Shown: positions 23,498-34,490 of the stretch, piece by piece
Numbering within the stretch: the first letter of the stretch is position 1
Layout: each line of letters opens with the position of its first letter
NCBI GenBank assembly: GCA_964428205.1
Contig: CAYRXE010000002.1
Location: forward strand, 1 to 62,048
Source: an uncultured Candidatus Peribacteria bacterium
GTDB lineage: Bacteria > Patescibacteriota > Gracilibacteria > Peribacterales > Peribacteraceae
Reading direction: 5' to 3'
Length of the DNA: 62,048 nt
Position numbers and translations under genes: made by a program
The notes under the pieces: model-generated
Databases searched by the model: none
What the model saw: the letters and a program-made list of their open reading frames with translations, nothing else
Told to the model about the DNA's origin: nothing

Positions 23498-25339
23498 TTG
23501 AGCAAATCTTGCATATTGCAATTATTGTGTTTGAGTGTACTATTTTTCGGCATGCTTCCCGAGCTTAATCCAGCGTTGAGCAAGCCTTCCTACAGAGATC
23601 TGACTCTCGTCGATCAGTGGGGTGTGCCTTTGGAGGTAGAAGTACGTTTGCCCGAGGAAGAACACAAAGCGTTGCGAACGTCTCGCGTGGCTTTTCATAA
23701 TGCACTCGAAGCCGTTATTACAGGTGCGTTACATAAAAAAGATCAGGATCCTGCTGCTTTACTTCAAGCTCTCCACAATGCCGAGGCGCAGTACTGGCCA
23801 GACTTGTATAAGCATTTTGGTGATCCAAAGATGCAAGATCTCCTCGCGACTTTTTCGCGCTCGCAGTACGACGTGACTCCTCCGCAACATCCCACGAAGC
23901 ATAACCTTAAGAACAAACTTGGAATTTGGACATCCGGCATGCGCGATATTTGGCCAGGTACGAATGAGCAGGAGCGTGAATTCCGCAGGAAGCACCGTTC
24001 CTATTTCCACTTTCCAGAACGCGTTGCCTCCCTTGGTGGAGTGTTCGTCACGCCACCTGACTGTACAGAAGCTGAGCACGAAGAACTGCAGGACCACATG
24101 CGTAATGCAGATCCGTACTGGCGCACGCCTCCTCGTGTATTCCCAAGCACGACTGTGGGCGAAGCGCGTAAGTTATTTGCGTACTACGAAGAAGATTGGC
24201 CACTCATGGTCGAAACTCCTAACGGAGAAATCCTCTCAGTGTTTGATCAAAAAATGCTGCCAAATGACAACAAGCGGGATAACGAACCCGTCGAAAACTT
24301 CTGCGATGTCGGCAACTTCCATGAGGCACCTGCAGATATTTATCTTCCAGGTGCGTGCTTCGATTACTTAGAAGATAAGGGGCTTGATTACATGATTCGT
24401 ATTAAAGACGGAAAACCTTTGCTCATGACGAAGTCCATTGCTGCGTTTGCTGAGCTCTTGCCACCGTATCAAGCTGATGAAGGCTTGGGATACGTCACGT
24501 ACTTTGGCGTCAGTAACCCGGAAGCCACTATGAAGTTGGCCACAGGCCTGAAGCAAAAAGGAAAACTCGATGCCGCGATTGTCGACACGGCCCATGGTGC
24601 TTTGTTCCAGACAGAAGTTGTGCTGCAGAAACTGCGTGATCTTCTTCCGGACATCCCTCTCGGTGTTGGTGCTGTGAACGATCCTGTCACGCTCCGTCGC
24701 TACCAGCGCATTGCAGACTTCATCAAAGGACCTATTGGTTCTGGTGGAGTGTGTAATACGTATCACACAGGCGTGCGTCGTAAAGATGCCTACGTAGCCA
24801 TGTTGCTCTCTGCTGCAAGTGCAGGAGATGTGCCGCTACTCATCGATGGATTGGGTGGTGGTCGTGATGATCACAAGCACTACCGCGAACAACAGCTGGA
24901 TGACACCTCAGAGTTCACCATCAGTATGGCTTTCCCATGGGTCATTGGTCGTCAGGCAGGAGGTGCACACATTGCTCGTGTCGAATCTGGTAATCCTTTG
25001 GAGGAGTGGAATGGAGTGACTGGAAAATTTGGAAGTGGAGAGGCAAGTTCCAATGCAAACAAGCGCCGTAGAGGAGCGAGAGACAAGCGCTCCAGAGAAG
25101 ATCGTCGCGCCGAAGCAATCCGCACGACGTATTCCGAAGGTGTGAACGACCGCTTCTATCCGCTGCGTAATCCTAAGAACTTGGCGGGTATGTACTACCT
25201 CTTCTCCGCCCGTTTGCGCTCAGCCATGAGTTACACGCTCGGCCTCGTTCCTCGTTTGCCAAATGGTGAATTGCCACCGCCTGGTAAGCACATGCAGATC
25301 TACCAAGAGAGAGCGATTGTTGAGCATCAGGGATCCTAA
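23498..25339 (+). CDS. Divergent IMPDH/GMP-reductase-like TIM-barrel protein with unrelated 300-aa N-terminal region
   Basis: aa 296-613 follow the IMPDH barrel order: AAIVDTAHG, GVGAVND, the catalytic-loop look-alike IGSGGVCNT (Cys codon 24752-24754), PLLIDGLGGG, GKFGSGEAS, YSEGVNDRFYP and LFSARLRSAMSY. The start is either TTG 23498 or ATG 23552. Confidence 0.8.
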   Translation: MSKSCILQLLCLSVLFFGMLPELNPALSKPSYRDLTLVDQWGVPLEVEVRLPEEEHKALRTSRVAFHNALEAVITGALHKKDQDPAALLQALHNAEAQYWPDLYKHFGDPKMQDLLATFSRSQYDVTPPQHPTKHNLKNKLGIWTSGMRDIWPGTNEQEREFRRKHRSYFHFPERVASLGGVFVTPPDCTEAEHEELQDHMRNADPYWRTPPRVFPSTTVGEARKLFAYYEEDWPLMVETPNGEILSVFDQKMLPNDNKRDNEPVENFCDVGNFHEAPADIYLPGACFDYLEDKGLDYMIRIKDGKPLLMTKSIAAFAELLPPYQADEGLGYVTYFGVSNPEATMKLATGLKQKGKLDAAIVDTAHGALFQTEVVLQKLRDLLPDIPLGVGAVNDPVTLRRYQRIADFIKGPIGSGGVCNTYHTGVRRKDAYVAMLLSAASAGDVPLLIDGLGGGRDDHKHYREQQLDDTSEFTISMAFPWVIGRQAGGAHIARVESGNPLEEWNGVTGKFGSGEASSNANKRRRGARDKRSREDRRAEAIRTTYSEGVNDRFYPLRNPKNLAGMYYLFSARLRSAMSYTLGLVPRLPNGELPPPGKHMQIYQERAIVEHQGS

Positions 25340-25354
25340 CCTTTCTCCTAGCCC

Positions 25355-27649
25355 ATGCACGTCCCTCATTCAGTTGTCGTATCGGGCGATGGATACCTCG
25401 ACCAATTTGATGTGCGGGCAGGTGTCTACGATGCAGAAAAGAAAATCTGGCGTGTTCCCGTGCAGATCCATACACCTATCCCCAATAAAACTGCTCTCGC
25501 CCAGCATCTTAGAGCAGGGGATGCCTCGCCGAGGATCAAAGAAACATTGAGCTTCACCAATCGCAGTATTTGCGCGCGTCTGGGTTTCGAAATCGAAAAC
25601 CCGCAATTTGGCGACTCTATCTACATTGATGACCTGCACATGATGGAGGCCACGGGCGTGTTCTACCCAGGCGAGGATATAGACGGCAAAGCCGAAGAAA
25701 GTTCGCTGCCACGCTTTATTGAAAACTGGATGACGAACAACCGCATCCACGTAGGCCGTTTGTTTGCCATCCCCGAAGGGCTCAAGCCATTCGATGCCGC
25801 TCGTGTGAACGAAGAGATGAGGGCGAACAGGCTGAGGTTGCATCACGATTCCGTGGTGATGGAAGACGGTACCATCCTCGTTCCATCGCTCGATTATCAG
25901 TACTACATCATGCATCACCTCATGCCGGAGGATGCTCTTCATAGTGCCCTCATTGGTTCGGGTCGTGGAGGCAGTGATGTGTTACAGCCGGTGGTGCGCG
26001 GCGAAATGCGCGATATCCCGCCGGATACCATGCGTGTGTCTGCGACACAGTTCTCGCTCCTGCGTCACATGGGCATCCTCAACAAGCAGGTGTATGACCT
26101 CCTGAGCCGGAAAGTCGAACCTCGCCTCAAACACGGTAATTCCCGTGTGTGGGACGGAGGAAAAACCTCGGGTAAGTACCCGCGTCAGCTCGAGTTTATC
26201 AACACATCCGACACCGCTGTGTCGCAAAAGGGCATTGCTGCCAGCCTGAACATGTACCCCACCGAAGGCACGCGCATGTTGCGTAGGATGGTCGGTTCTG
26301 CACCCTCCAAAGTAGTGGAAGAAGGTGTGACGTTGGATCACTTCTTAGAAGCGAAGAAAAATCAGGACATGCTGCGTCAGCTCCACACACATAGTCAGCG
26401 CCCAGGATCGTGGGGAATGCTCATGGGGCCGGGAGGCGTGCGCACACTACGCAACTACAAACACGATGTGCATCAGGAACGTGCTCTTATTACCGGTATC
26501 GATACCTTCCTCCAGGACGGTGTGCCGGCAGACTCGCACCAAGGCTCTGAGGGTTTGCAGGCATGCTTGAAGATGTTGAGCGATCCGCGCCAGCGCTGCA
26601 TGCTCTTTTGCAAAGAGATGCCTTCGGCAGCCACGGTGAGCCAAATGATGGCCAGAGGAGTGCGCACGATTGTGACCGATAACCTCAGTAAGACCGCCAG
26701 CAAGCTCTACATGAGCGCTACTCAGGTGGCGCAATACAAAGAGCTCTCTGCGCAGGGTTTGCAGCTATATGTTCTTACAGAAGAAATGATCCGCAAGCAG
26801 TACTACAACATGCTCGTGCGTCTGGAGGCACTCGACCGCATGAAGAAGTGCGATACACGCTTAGTTGGTTACGCCGCGAGCATGGATGGTGTCGATAAGA
26901 TCATGGACCAAGGTCATTTTCCAGAATTCCTAGAGCAGTTTTTGAGCGAACATCCCAATGCCGCTCTCGCAACAGGCGCTTCGAAGAGCGGGGGAATGCT
27001 CTACATGAACCGCATTGCTCAGGCGCTCAAGATGCTCACGATCGGTATCGCCAACGAAATCCCGGGGCAAGAAGCAGGGGACACCACGCTCGATGCCATC
27101 ATGTTCTTTGTCGAAGACGGCATCATCACGCGTCAGGAGCTCATGAATTACATCGGTACCTTGGCTCTGCAGAACATTGGTGCAGAGGGGTCTGATTTTG
27201 AAGGTGCTCTGGAACGCATGATGCTTAAGCTCGGTCGCTGCTCCATGTCACCACTCTTCATGGCCGATCCTGCTGGCCTTGGACCAAATGGTGCGCACTA
27301 CTGGCAACCAAATATGAATCTGCAGCAGCAGCATGCAGCCGAATTGCCCGAAGAGTTATTCGGTCTTGATCCTTCTGGGAAAAAGCGTCGTCTCTCTCGT
27401 TCTCCGTATGTGAAGGACATGTGCCACTTGATTACCGATTACCGCGAGGTGGCTAGGATTTACAGTGAATTCGAAAAGGATCCTATGGCCTACTGGCAAA
27501 ACGAAAAAGAAGGACGATTCGTTCCAAAGAACATCCTCCTCGCAGCACAGGCACGCGTGCTCCGTAACGCCGAGTACACAGGACTCCCCATGCCGGCTCA
27601 TTGGAAGAAGCTTATTGAGGAGGGCGCAATCGAAAAGCTGGCTTCCTAA
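25355..27649 (+). CDS. Large orphan protein with PRTase-like motif and C-terminal LOG/SLOG-like Rossmann domain
   Basis: 764 aa. aa 414-445 (CMLFCKEMPSAATVSQMMARGVRTIVTD) resemble a degenerate type I PRTase PRPP loop. aa 500-705 follow LOG-family order (LVGYAAS, ATGASKSGGMLYMN, TIGIANEIP..E, ITRQELM, NIGAEGSDFEGALE, LITDYREV). It lies 15 nt after the previous gene. Confidence 0.8.
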   Translation: MHVPHSVVVSGDGYLDQFDVRAGVYDAEKKIWRVPVQIHTPIPNKTALAQHLRAGDASPRIKETLSFTNRSICARLGFEIENPQFGDSIYIDDLHMMEATGVFYPGEDIDGKAEESSLPRFIENWMTNNRIHVGRLFAIPEGLKPFDAARVNEEMRANRLRLHHDSVVMEDGTILVPSLDYQYYIMHHLMPEDALHSALIGSGRGGSDVLQPVVRGEMRDIPPDTMRVSATQFSLLRHMGILNKQVYDLLSRKVEPRLKHGNSRVWDGGKTSGKYPRQLEFINTSDTAVSQKGIAASLNMYPTEGTRMLRRMVGSAPSKVVEEGVTLDHFLEAKKNQDMLRQLHTHSQRPGSWGMLMGPGGVRTLRNYKHDVHQERALITGIDTFLQDGVPADSHQGSEGLQACLKMLSDPRQRCMLFCKEMPSAATVSQMMARGVRTIVTDNLSKTASKLYMSATQVAQYKELSAQGLQLYVLTEEMIRKQYYNMLVRLEALDRMKKCDTRLVGYAASMDGVDKIMDQGHFPEFLEQFLSEHPNAALATGASKSGGMLYMNRIAQALKMLTIGIANEIPGQEAGDTTLDAIMFFVEDGIITRQELMNYIGTLALQNIGAEGSDFEGALERMMLKLGRCSMSPLFMADPAGLGPNGAHYWQPNMNLQQQHAAELPEELFGLDPSGKKRRLSRSPYVKDMCHLITDYREVARIYSEFEKDPMAYWQNEKEGRFVPKNILLAAQARVLRNAEYTGLPMPAHWKKLIEEGAIEKLAS

Positions 27650-27689
27650 TCGTTGCTTTTATTTCTTTTATCTTTACCTTCCTATCCAT

Positions 27690-27884
27690 ATGGAAACTGC
27701 AAAACCTATCGATCAGATGGATGCTGAGGAACTCAAGGCTCTTCTCGAAGAAGTTGCTCCCAAGGGCAGGATGCTCAATGGAGATGAAGTCGAGCGCATT
27801 GTCTTCCCGGCTCAAGAGCGCTTGAAGCTGCTCGGTGAAGGAACGAGCGAGTCCGTGAAGGCCACTCTGCTCCCTTCTAACTAA
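27690..27884 (+). CDS. Small (64 aa) acidic hypothetical protein
   Basis: ATG 27690, 40 nt after the preceding stop and on the same strand. Helical-looking sequence METAKPIDQMDAEELKALLEEVAPKG... Confidence 0.45.
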   Translation: METAKPIDQMDAEELKALLEEVAPKGRMLNGDEVERIVFPAQERLKLLGEGTSESVKATLLPSN

Positions 27885-27920
27885 ATCAGTACAAAATTCC
27901 TGCTTAAACAGGGCGTTTGA

Positions 27921-29669
<1,749 letters not shown>

Positions 29670-29808
29670 GGTTCTGGATTGCTCAGGATCCTTCTTCTTG
29701 GCTTTCTAGAGCCATATTCGAAGTGTGAAGAGAAATAGACACATCGGATGATCTGCTCGGGTGCATCACTGCCTTGGATCATGGGGACATTTCTTCCCCC
29801 TAATTTTT

Positions 29809-30234
29809 ATGGCAACTGCCACTGCAGAAAAGCCTTCGCGCTTCGCGCGAAAATACGAGCTCGAGAATCGCACACTCGAACTCGCAACATCCGTACGTCA
29901 GTTCGTGCGCAAGCTCCCTCGCTACATGCACATGAGTGAGGATGTCGTTCAGCTCCTCCGTGCATCCGGTGCCATGGGCGCTGCATACATCGAAGTGAAC
30001 GAAGCTAACGGTCGCAAGGCTGCGCTTGGTCACATTCGCGAGTGCATTCGCCAGGCCAAGGAGACGCACTTTTGGCTTCGCGTGCTCGAGGTTGGTACGA
30101 GCGAGCGCTTGGTTGCCGAAAAGCAGAAGCTCACCGACGAGGCCTTCGCGTTGCTCCGCATCTTCTGCGCCATTCTTGGTAAGGTTGGCACGCGTAAGCA
30201 GGCAGAAGAGCCTAAAGAAGCTGTCACTGCGTAA
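29809..30234 (+). CDS. Four-helix-bundle protein (23S rRNA IVS protein / Avd-like family), divergent
   Basis: ATG 29809, 141 aa. The helix pattern resembles the family: YELENRTLELATSVRQFVRKLP ... LLRASGAMGAAYIEVNEA ... ECIRQAKETHFWLRVL. Confidence 0.7.
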   Translation: MATATAEKPSRFARKYELENRTLELATSVRQFVRKLPRYMHMSEDVVQLLRASGAMGAAYIEVNEANGRKAALGHIRECIRQAKETHFWLRVLEVGTSERLVAEKQKLTDEAFALLRIFCAILGKVGTRKQAEEPKEAVTA

Positions 30235-30245
30235 GGCATCAAATG

Positions 30246-30277
30246 AAAAAGCGCTTCGATTGCTCGAGGCGCTTTTT
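30246..30277. terminator. Bidirectional hairpin terminator between the four-helix gene and pyrK
   Basis: AAAAAGCGCTTCG-ATTGCT-CGAGGCGCTTTTT, with an A-run and a T-run on either side. Confidence 0.5.
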
Positions 30278-30432
30278 CGGGATTCTGGGCGAGCGATTAG
30301 CAACCGCAAGCGCCTGAGCATCCATCACCACCACGGATCATAAATTTGGTGGGAAAGAAATAAACGTGAACAGTGTAAACGGTGAAGGGCTGTTTGTCTA
30401 GCACTCGGTGTTGACGAGTGATAACCGGGAAA

Positions 30433-31290
30433 TTACTTCCCAAATTCGTGTTTACGGCCCAATTCATCGCGGTGGTACTTGCCGAACTCTTCAATGAGCA
30501 AGCACTTGTCGTTCTTTACCACCGGTCCATCGGTACAGATCCTGATTCCTAGGGGATCGACTGTGCAGTTGCCGCAAATGCCGTACCCGCACTTCATGTA
30601 GCGCTCCAGAGAGAGCTGGCTTGGGACCTGATACTTGTGCGTGATCTCCGAGACGCGCTTCAACATCATCTCCGGGCCACAGGCGAAGACTTGGTCGACA
30701 GGAAGACAGTCATGCTTCTTGCCGTGCTCTTCGCGCGGGCAGCTTTCGAGCATCTTATCCAGTACATCTACGTTGAATCCTTTGTATCCCACGGAGCCAT
30801 CATTGGTCGCAATGTGCAGTGATACGTGTGGCAGTGCTTCCATCTCTTTGAGATACAACAAGTGCTCCTTACTGCGTGCTCCCACAATCACTTCTAGTGT
30901 GCAGCCATGACCAACAGTTTCCTTGGCGACGAAGTACATAGGCGCTGCTCCGTATCCACCGGCGACGAGCACAATGTGCTGACCCGGTTCCCACTCGTAG
31001 CACGTGCCAAAGGGGCCACGGAGTCCCACAAGATCTCCCACTTGGCACTTGGCGAGTTCGTTTGTCATATCTCCCACCGCAAAGAACGTGATCTTGGTCT
31101 CGGCACCATCGTCGTAGGCGACGCTCATGGGGTTTTCATCTACTCCTGGGAGCCACACCATCACGAACTGACCTGGCTTTGCTCCCAAAGATCCATCGAA
31201 CGTAAACGTGCGGACCATTTCGGTTTCCTGCTTAATATCTTTGATCCTGTACGTCTTGGGGAGCCTGCTTTGGAGGGGGATGGTGGACAT
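30433..31290 (-). CDS. pyrK: Dihydroorotate dehydrogenase B electron-transfer subunit
   Basis: 285 aa with an FAD/NAD-binding fold and the C-terminal 2Fe-2S motif CGYGICGNCTVD. Its start overlaps the pyrD stop (TAATG). Confidence 0.9.
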   Translation of the reverse strand: MSTIPLQSRLPKTYRIKDIKQETEMVRTFTFDGSLGAKPGQFVMVWLPGVDENPMSVAYDDGAETKITFFAVGDMTNELAKCQVGDLVGLRGPFGTCYEWEPGQHIVLVAGGYGAAPMYFVAKETVGHGCTLEVIVGARSKEHLLYLKEMEALPHVSLHIATNDGSVGYKGFNVDVLDKMLESCPREEHGKKHDCLPVDQVFACGPEMMLKRVSEITHKYQVPSQLSLERYMKCGYGICGNCTVDPLGIRICTDGPVVKNDKCLLIEEFGKYHRDELGRKHEFGK

Positions 31291-32264
31291 TAGGATTTGG
31301 CGTGAGTCATAGAAGTACCTTTGATACCGCGGTTGAGGAGTTCCTTGTGCATGCCTCCGATCAAATCACTCACATCCCAGACACCTTCGTTGGTGCACCA
31401 GTACTGCATCTCGTCCGTGACTTTTTTAAAGACATCCAATCCGCGATCGCCAACGGCCGTACCGATTCCCACGAGCGTTGCTCCTGCGAGCATCATCTCA
31501 ATGGCGTCTTCACCGGTGTACACACCGCCTGTTCCGATGATCGGCACCTGACTGTGGATGGCTTCGTACACCTCCGCGACACAACGTACGGCAATAGGCT
31601 TAAGTGCCGGACCCGAGAGACCTCCTTTGTGTGCAGCCAAGATTGGCATGCGGCTACGCAGATCGATCGCCATGCCTGGTCCTACGGTATTGATGGCGCA
31701 GATGCCATCGGCACCGGCATCCACGCAAGCCTTGGCGACCTCACCAATGTTTGGCACGTTTGGCGTGAGCTTTGCAAACACGGGGATGCCATTTGCCACC
31801 TTCTTTACGGCCTTGATGATGGCGCCTGCTTCTTTGCCGTCTTCTGCAAAGAGCTTCCCACGGAGCTTGAGGAAGGTGGGCGTCGACATGTTCACTTCGA
31901 AGAAGTCCGGCTTGAGTGGTGCAATGGCTGCTGCAACGGTGGCGAATTCCTTCGCTTCCAATCCAATGATGTTCGCAATCAGGGGAACCGGCTTGTCTTT
32001 GTTATATGCCGAAATCTCCTGCACGGCTTTTTCGAGTCCGGCATCCGGTACGCCAACAGCGTTGAGCGTCCAGTGCTCCGTCGAAATGATTGTGGGGTTC
32101 TTGTTGCCCTGATGTTCCACCGGCCACAGAGACTTTGTGGTGATTCCGCCTGCTCCGTTTTCTGCAATCAACTTCCAGCTCGTCGCGGTGATGCCCATGA
32201 TGCCCGAAGCGAGCACCGTGGGGTTCTCGAAGGTGACGCCGTGGACGGTCTGGCTCAGGTTCAT
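31290..32264 (-). CDS. pyrD: Dihydroorotate dehydrogenase B catalytic subunit
   Basis: 324 aa. ITTKSL, NAVGVPDAGL, NMSTPT, INTVGPGMAIDL, GGLSGPALKPIALR-like and IGTGGV motifs of class 1B DHODH. Confidence 0.9.
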   Translation of the reverse strand: MNLSQTVHGVTFENPTVLASGIMGITATSWKLIAENGAGGITTKSLWPVEHQGNKNPTIISTEHWTLNAVGVPDAGLEKAVQEISAYNKDKPVPLIANIIGLEAKEFATVAAAIAPLKPDFFEVNMSTPTFLKLRGKLFAEDGKEAGAIIKAVKKVANGIPVFAKLTPNVPNIGEVAKACVDAGADGICAINTVGPGMAIDLRSRMPILAAHKGGLSGPALKPIAVRCVAEVYEAIHSQVPIIGTGGVYTGEDAIEMMLAGATLVGIGTAVGDRGLDVFKKVTDEMQYWCTNEGVWDVSDLIGGMHKELLNRGIKGTSMTHAKS

Positions 32265-32271
32265 CGAGAGC

Positions 32272-32299
32272 AGCTTAGAGCTTTTAGCTTTTAGCTTCT
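32272..32299. repeat. Tandem heptamer repeat (AGCTTNN x4)
   Basis: AGCTTAG AGCTTTT AGCTTTT AGCTTCT, directly upstream of pyrD. AGCTTAGAGCTTTT matches, as an inverted repeat at 13 of 14 positions, AAAAGCTATAAGCT at 32785-32798. Confidence 0.8.
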
Positions 32300-32420
32300 A
32301 GAGGTTCTTTGAGCGCAAGGAACTTACTTCTATCGTAGACTCAGCCTTAGAAAGGCACCCATAAATTTTGAGGTACATACCTGGGTTTTCCTACAAAAAG
32401 ATCCTTGAGACAATTTTTAC

Positions 32421-32795
32421 ATGATTAATTCTTATCGCGACCTTTTGGTCTGGCAAAAAGCAATTGAGTTAGCCAAAGCAACGTATGACTTAACCGCCAA
32501 ATTTCCTTCAGAAGAAAAATTTGGATTAGTTTCACAAATGCGCAGAGCAGCTGTTTCTATACCATCAAATATTGCTGAAGGCAGATGCAGAGGAACTCGA
32601 AAAGACTTTTTACAGTTTCTCAGGATTGCGTATGGATCCGGAGCAGAACTAGAAACGCAGATGCACATTGCAGAACGACTGGGTTTTTCTAAAGATTTTT
32701 CCACTTCTTCCATAAGTGCACATATGACAAGCGTTATGAAAATGCTGAATTCTATGATTCATTCTTTATCTAAATCTGAAAGCCAAAAGCTATAA
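32421..32795 (+). CDS. Four-helix-bundle protein (23S rRNA intervening-sequence protein family)
   Basis: YRDLLVWQKAIELAKATYDLTAKFPSEEKFGLVSQMRRAAVSIPSNIAEG...FLRIAYGSGAELETQ is the canonical family pattern. The gene is visibly more AT-rich than its neighbours. Confidence 0.85.
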   Translation: MINSYRDLLVWQKAIELAKATYDLTAKFPSEEKFGLVSQMRRAAVSIPSNIAEGRCRGTRKDFLQFLRIAYGSGAELETQMHIAERLGFSKDFSTSSISAHMTSVMKMLNSMIHSLSKSESQKL

Positions 32796-32806
32796 GCTTT
32801 CGCGCC

Positions 32807-33151
32807 TTACTTAATCATTCCGCCCATACCCTTTGGCACTCCTTTCCTGTGCAGACGCATGTAGGCCAGGTGACAGAGGAAGCCACCCAAAATCATCGCC
32901 ATGCCGAGGATCATCTGCCACTGAATGCGCGTCGTACTCTCCAGCTCTGCAGCACTGTGCGCAGCTCCCGTGAGCGATGCCAATTCATCTCCATTCAAAC
33001 TGCACTGACCAATAGCTTCGGTGGTGCTACCCAAGAGACTTGCGATACAAAGTTCTCCCTGTGCGGCAAAGAGGATAGCCACGCCACTGAGCAAAAACGC
33101 TGCCGTGAACGCGCGTGTGACTGAAAAGTGTGGATGATGCGTATGTGTCAT
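32807..33151 (-). CDS. Small two-TM hypothetical protein
   Basis: ATG 33151 (MTHTHHPHF...). TM segments AFTAAFLLSGVAILFAA and ILGMAMILGGFLCHLAY. The longer ORF start would collide with rlmI. Confidence 0.5.
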   Translation of the reverse strand: MTHTHHPHFSVTRAFTAAFLLSGVAILFAAQGELCIASLLGSTTEAIGQCSLNGDELASLTGAAHSAAELESTTRIQWQMILGMAMILGGFLCHLAYMRLHRKGVPKGMGGMIK

Positions 33152-33201
33152 TTCCCTTATAGTATAGCAGAAAGGGCTGTTTCCTGCTACAGTATCGCGC
33201 C

Positions 33202-34410
33202 ATGGCATATCCCGTCTTAACCCTCAAACCCGGCTCCGAAATCCACCTGCGTAATCGCCATCATGCGATCTTCCAGAGTGCCGTATCCAAACCACCAGAG
33301 GTCGAACCCGGTGGCATCGTGGAAGTACGCGCTGCTGATACATCCTTCCTGTGTTTTGCGACGTACAACGCAGGTGCGTACATCTGCGGAAGAGTGATCA
33401 GCTTCGAAGAAGGGGATCCGCTCCAGGCTATTCGCACGCAACTCGAACGCTCCATCGCACTTCGCAAAGAGTTCTTCGCGAACGAAGACACGAATGCGTA
33501 TCGCTTGGTGAATGCTGAGGGCGACTTTATCCCAGGACTCATTGTGGACCAGTACGGCGATGTCGTGGTGCTCCAGTCCACAACTCTGGGCATGGATAAG
33601 CTGCGTGATTTTATTGCCGATGCACTGATGGAGATCGTGAAGCCCAAAGCCATCTACGAAAAATCGACCAGCACCTCTCGTAAGAAGGAGGGTGTAGATG
33701 ATATCGAGCAGTGGATCAGAGGAGACGTAAAAGATGTGCACCCCGATAACGTTACCGAGGATGGAAAGTTGATCGTGAAAGAGCGGGGGATCCACTACGT
33801 GATTGATCTCGTGGGCAGCCAAAAGACAGGACTCTTCTTGGATCAGCGCGAAATGCGTTCGATCGTGAAACAGTTCGCCAAAGACCGTACCGTACTCGAT
33901 TGCTGCAGCTACGTAGGAGGCTTTGCGCTCAATGCATTAGCCGGAGGAGCCAAGGCAGCGGATGCCGTGGATTACGACAAAGAGGCCATTGCTCGTGCGG
34001 GCAAGAACATCGAAATGAATGGCATCGACCTCACGTACTTTGGTTCCTACGCCGAGGACGTGTTCGTGTTCCTGCGCAGGCGTCCACTCCCACGTGCATA
34101 CGACTTCATTATTTTGGATCCACCTGCCTTTGCAAAAAGAAGTTCTGATATTGAGCAGGCCAAGAAGGCCTACACCGATATGAACCGTTCCGCGATGATG
34201 GCATTGCCACCAGGATCACTCCTGCTCACGTGTTCGTGCTCGTACCACGTTGATATTCAACTCTTCCAGACGATAGTCTTCCACGCTGCGCGCCAGGCAA
34301 AGAGAAATGTGAGGATTCTCCAGCGACACCACCAAGCATACGATCATCCCGTGAACTTGTATCACCCGGAGGCGGATTATTTGAAGAGTTTGTTGCTCTG
34401 GGTCGAGTAA
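33202..34410 (+). CDS. rlmI: Class I SAM-dependent rRNA methyltransferase, RlmI/RlmK-like (PUA + MTase)
   Basis: 402 aa. AYRLVNAEGDFIPGLIVDQYGDVVVLQ, LDCCSYVGGFAL and FIILDPPAFAK. Confidence 0.85.
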   Translation: MAYPVLTLKPGSEIHLRNRHHAIFQSAVSKPPEVEPGGIVEVRAADTSFLCFATYNAGAYICGRVISFEEGDPLQAIRTQLERSIALRKEFFANEDTNAYRLVNAEGDFIPGLIVDQYGDVVVLQSTTLGMDKLRDFIADALMEIVKPKAIYEKSTSTSRKKEGVDDIEQWIRGDVKDVHPDNVTEDGKLIVKERGIHYVIDLVGSQKTGLFLDQREMRSIVKQFAKDRTVLDCCSYVGGFALNALAGGAKAADAVDYDKEAIARAGKNIEMNGIDLTYFGSYAEDVFVFLRRRPLPRAYDFIILDPPAFAKRSSDIEQAKKAYTDMNRSAMMALPPGSLLLTCSCSYHVDIQLFQTIVFHAARQAKRNVRILQRHHQAYDHPVNLYHPEADYLKSLLLWVE

Positions 34411-34490
34411 CCCGCTTCGAGGTATAGGGAAACATGCCTCTTAGAGGCTTGAAATTTTTGGAGGGCGAGAGTACATAACGCCCCAACCTT

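Noticed and set aside
31302-32294. 330-aa + strand ORF
   Set aside because: Antisense shadow of pyrD.
29809-32795. Avd-like four-helix-bundle genes as a hint of a diversity-generating retroelement
   Set aside because: The window has no reverse transcriptase gene, and I saw no template/variable repeat pair.
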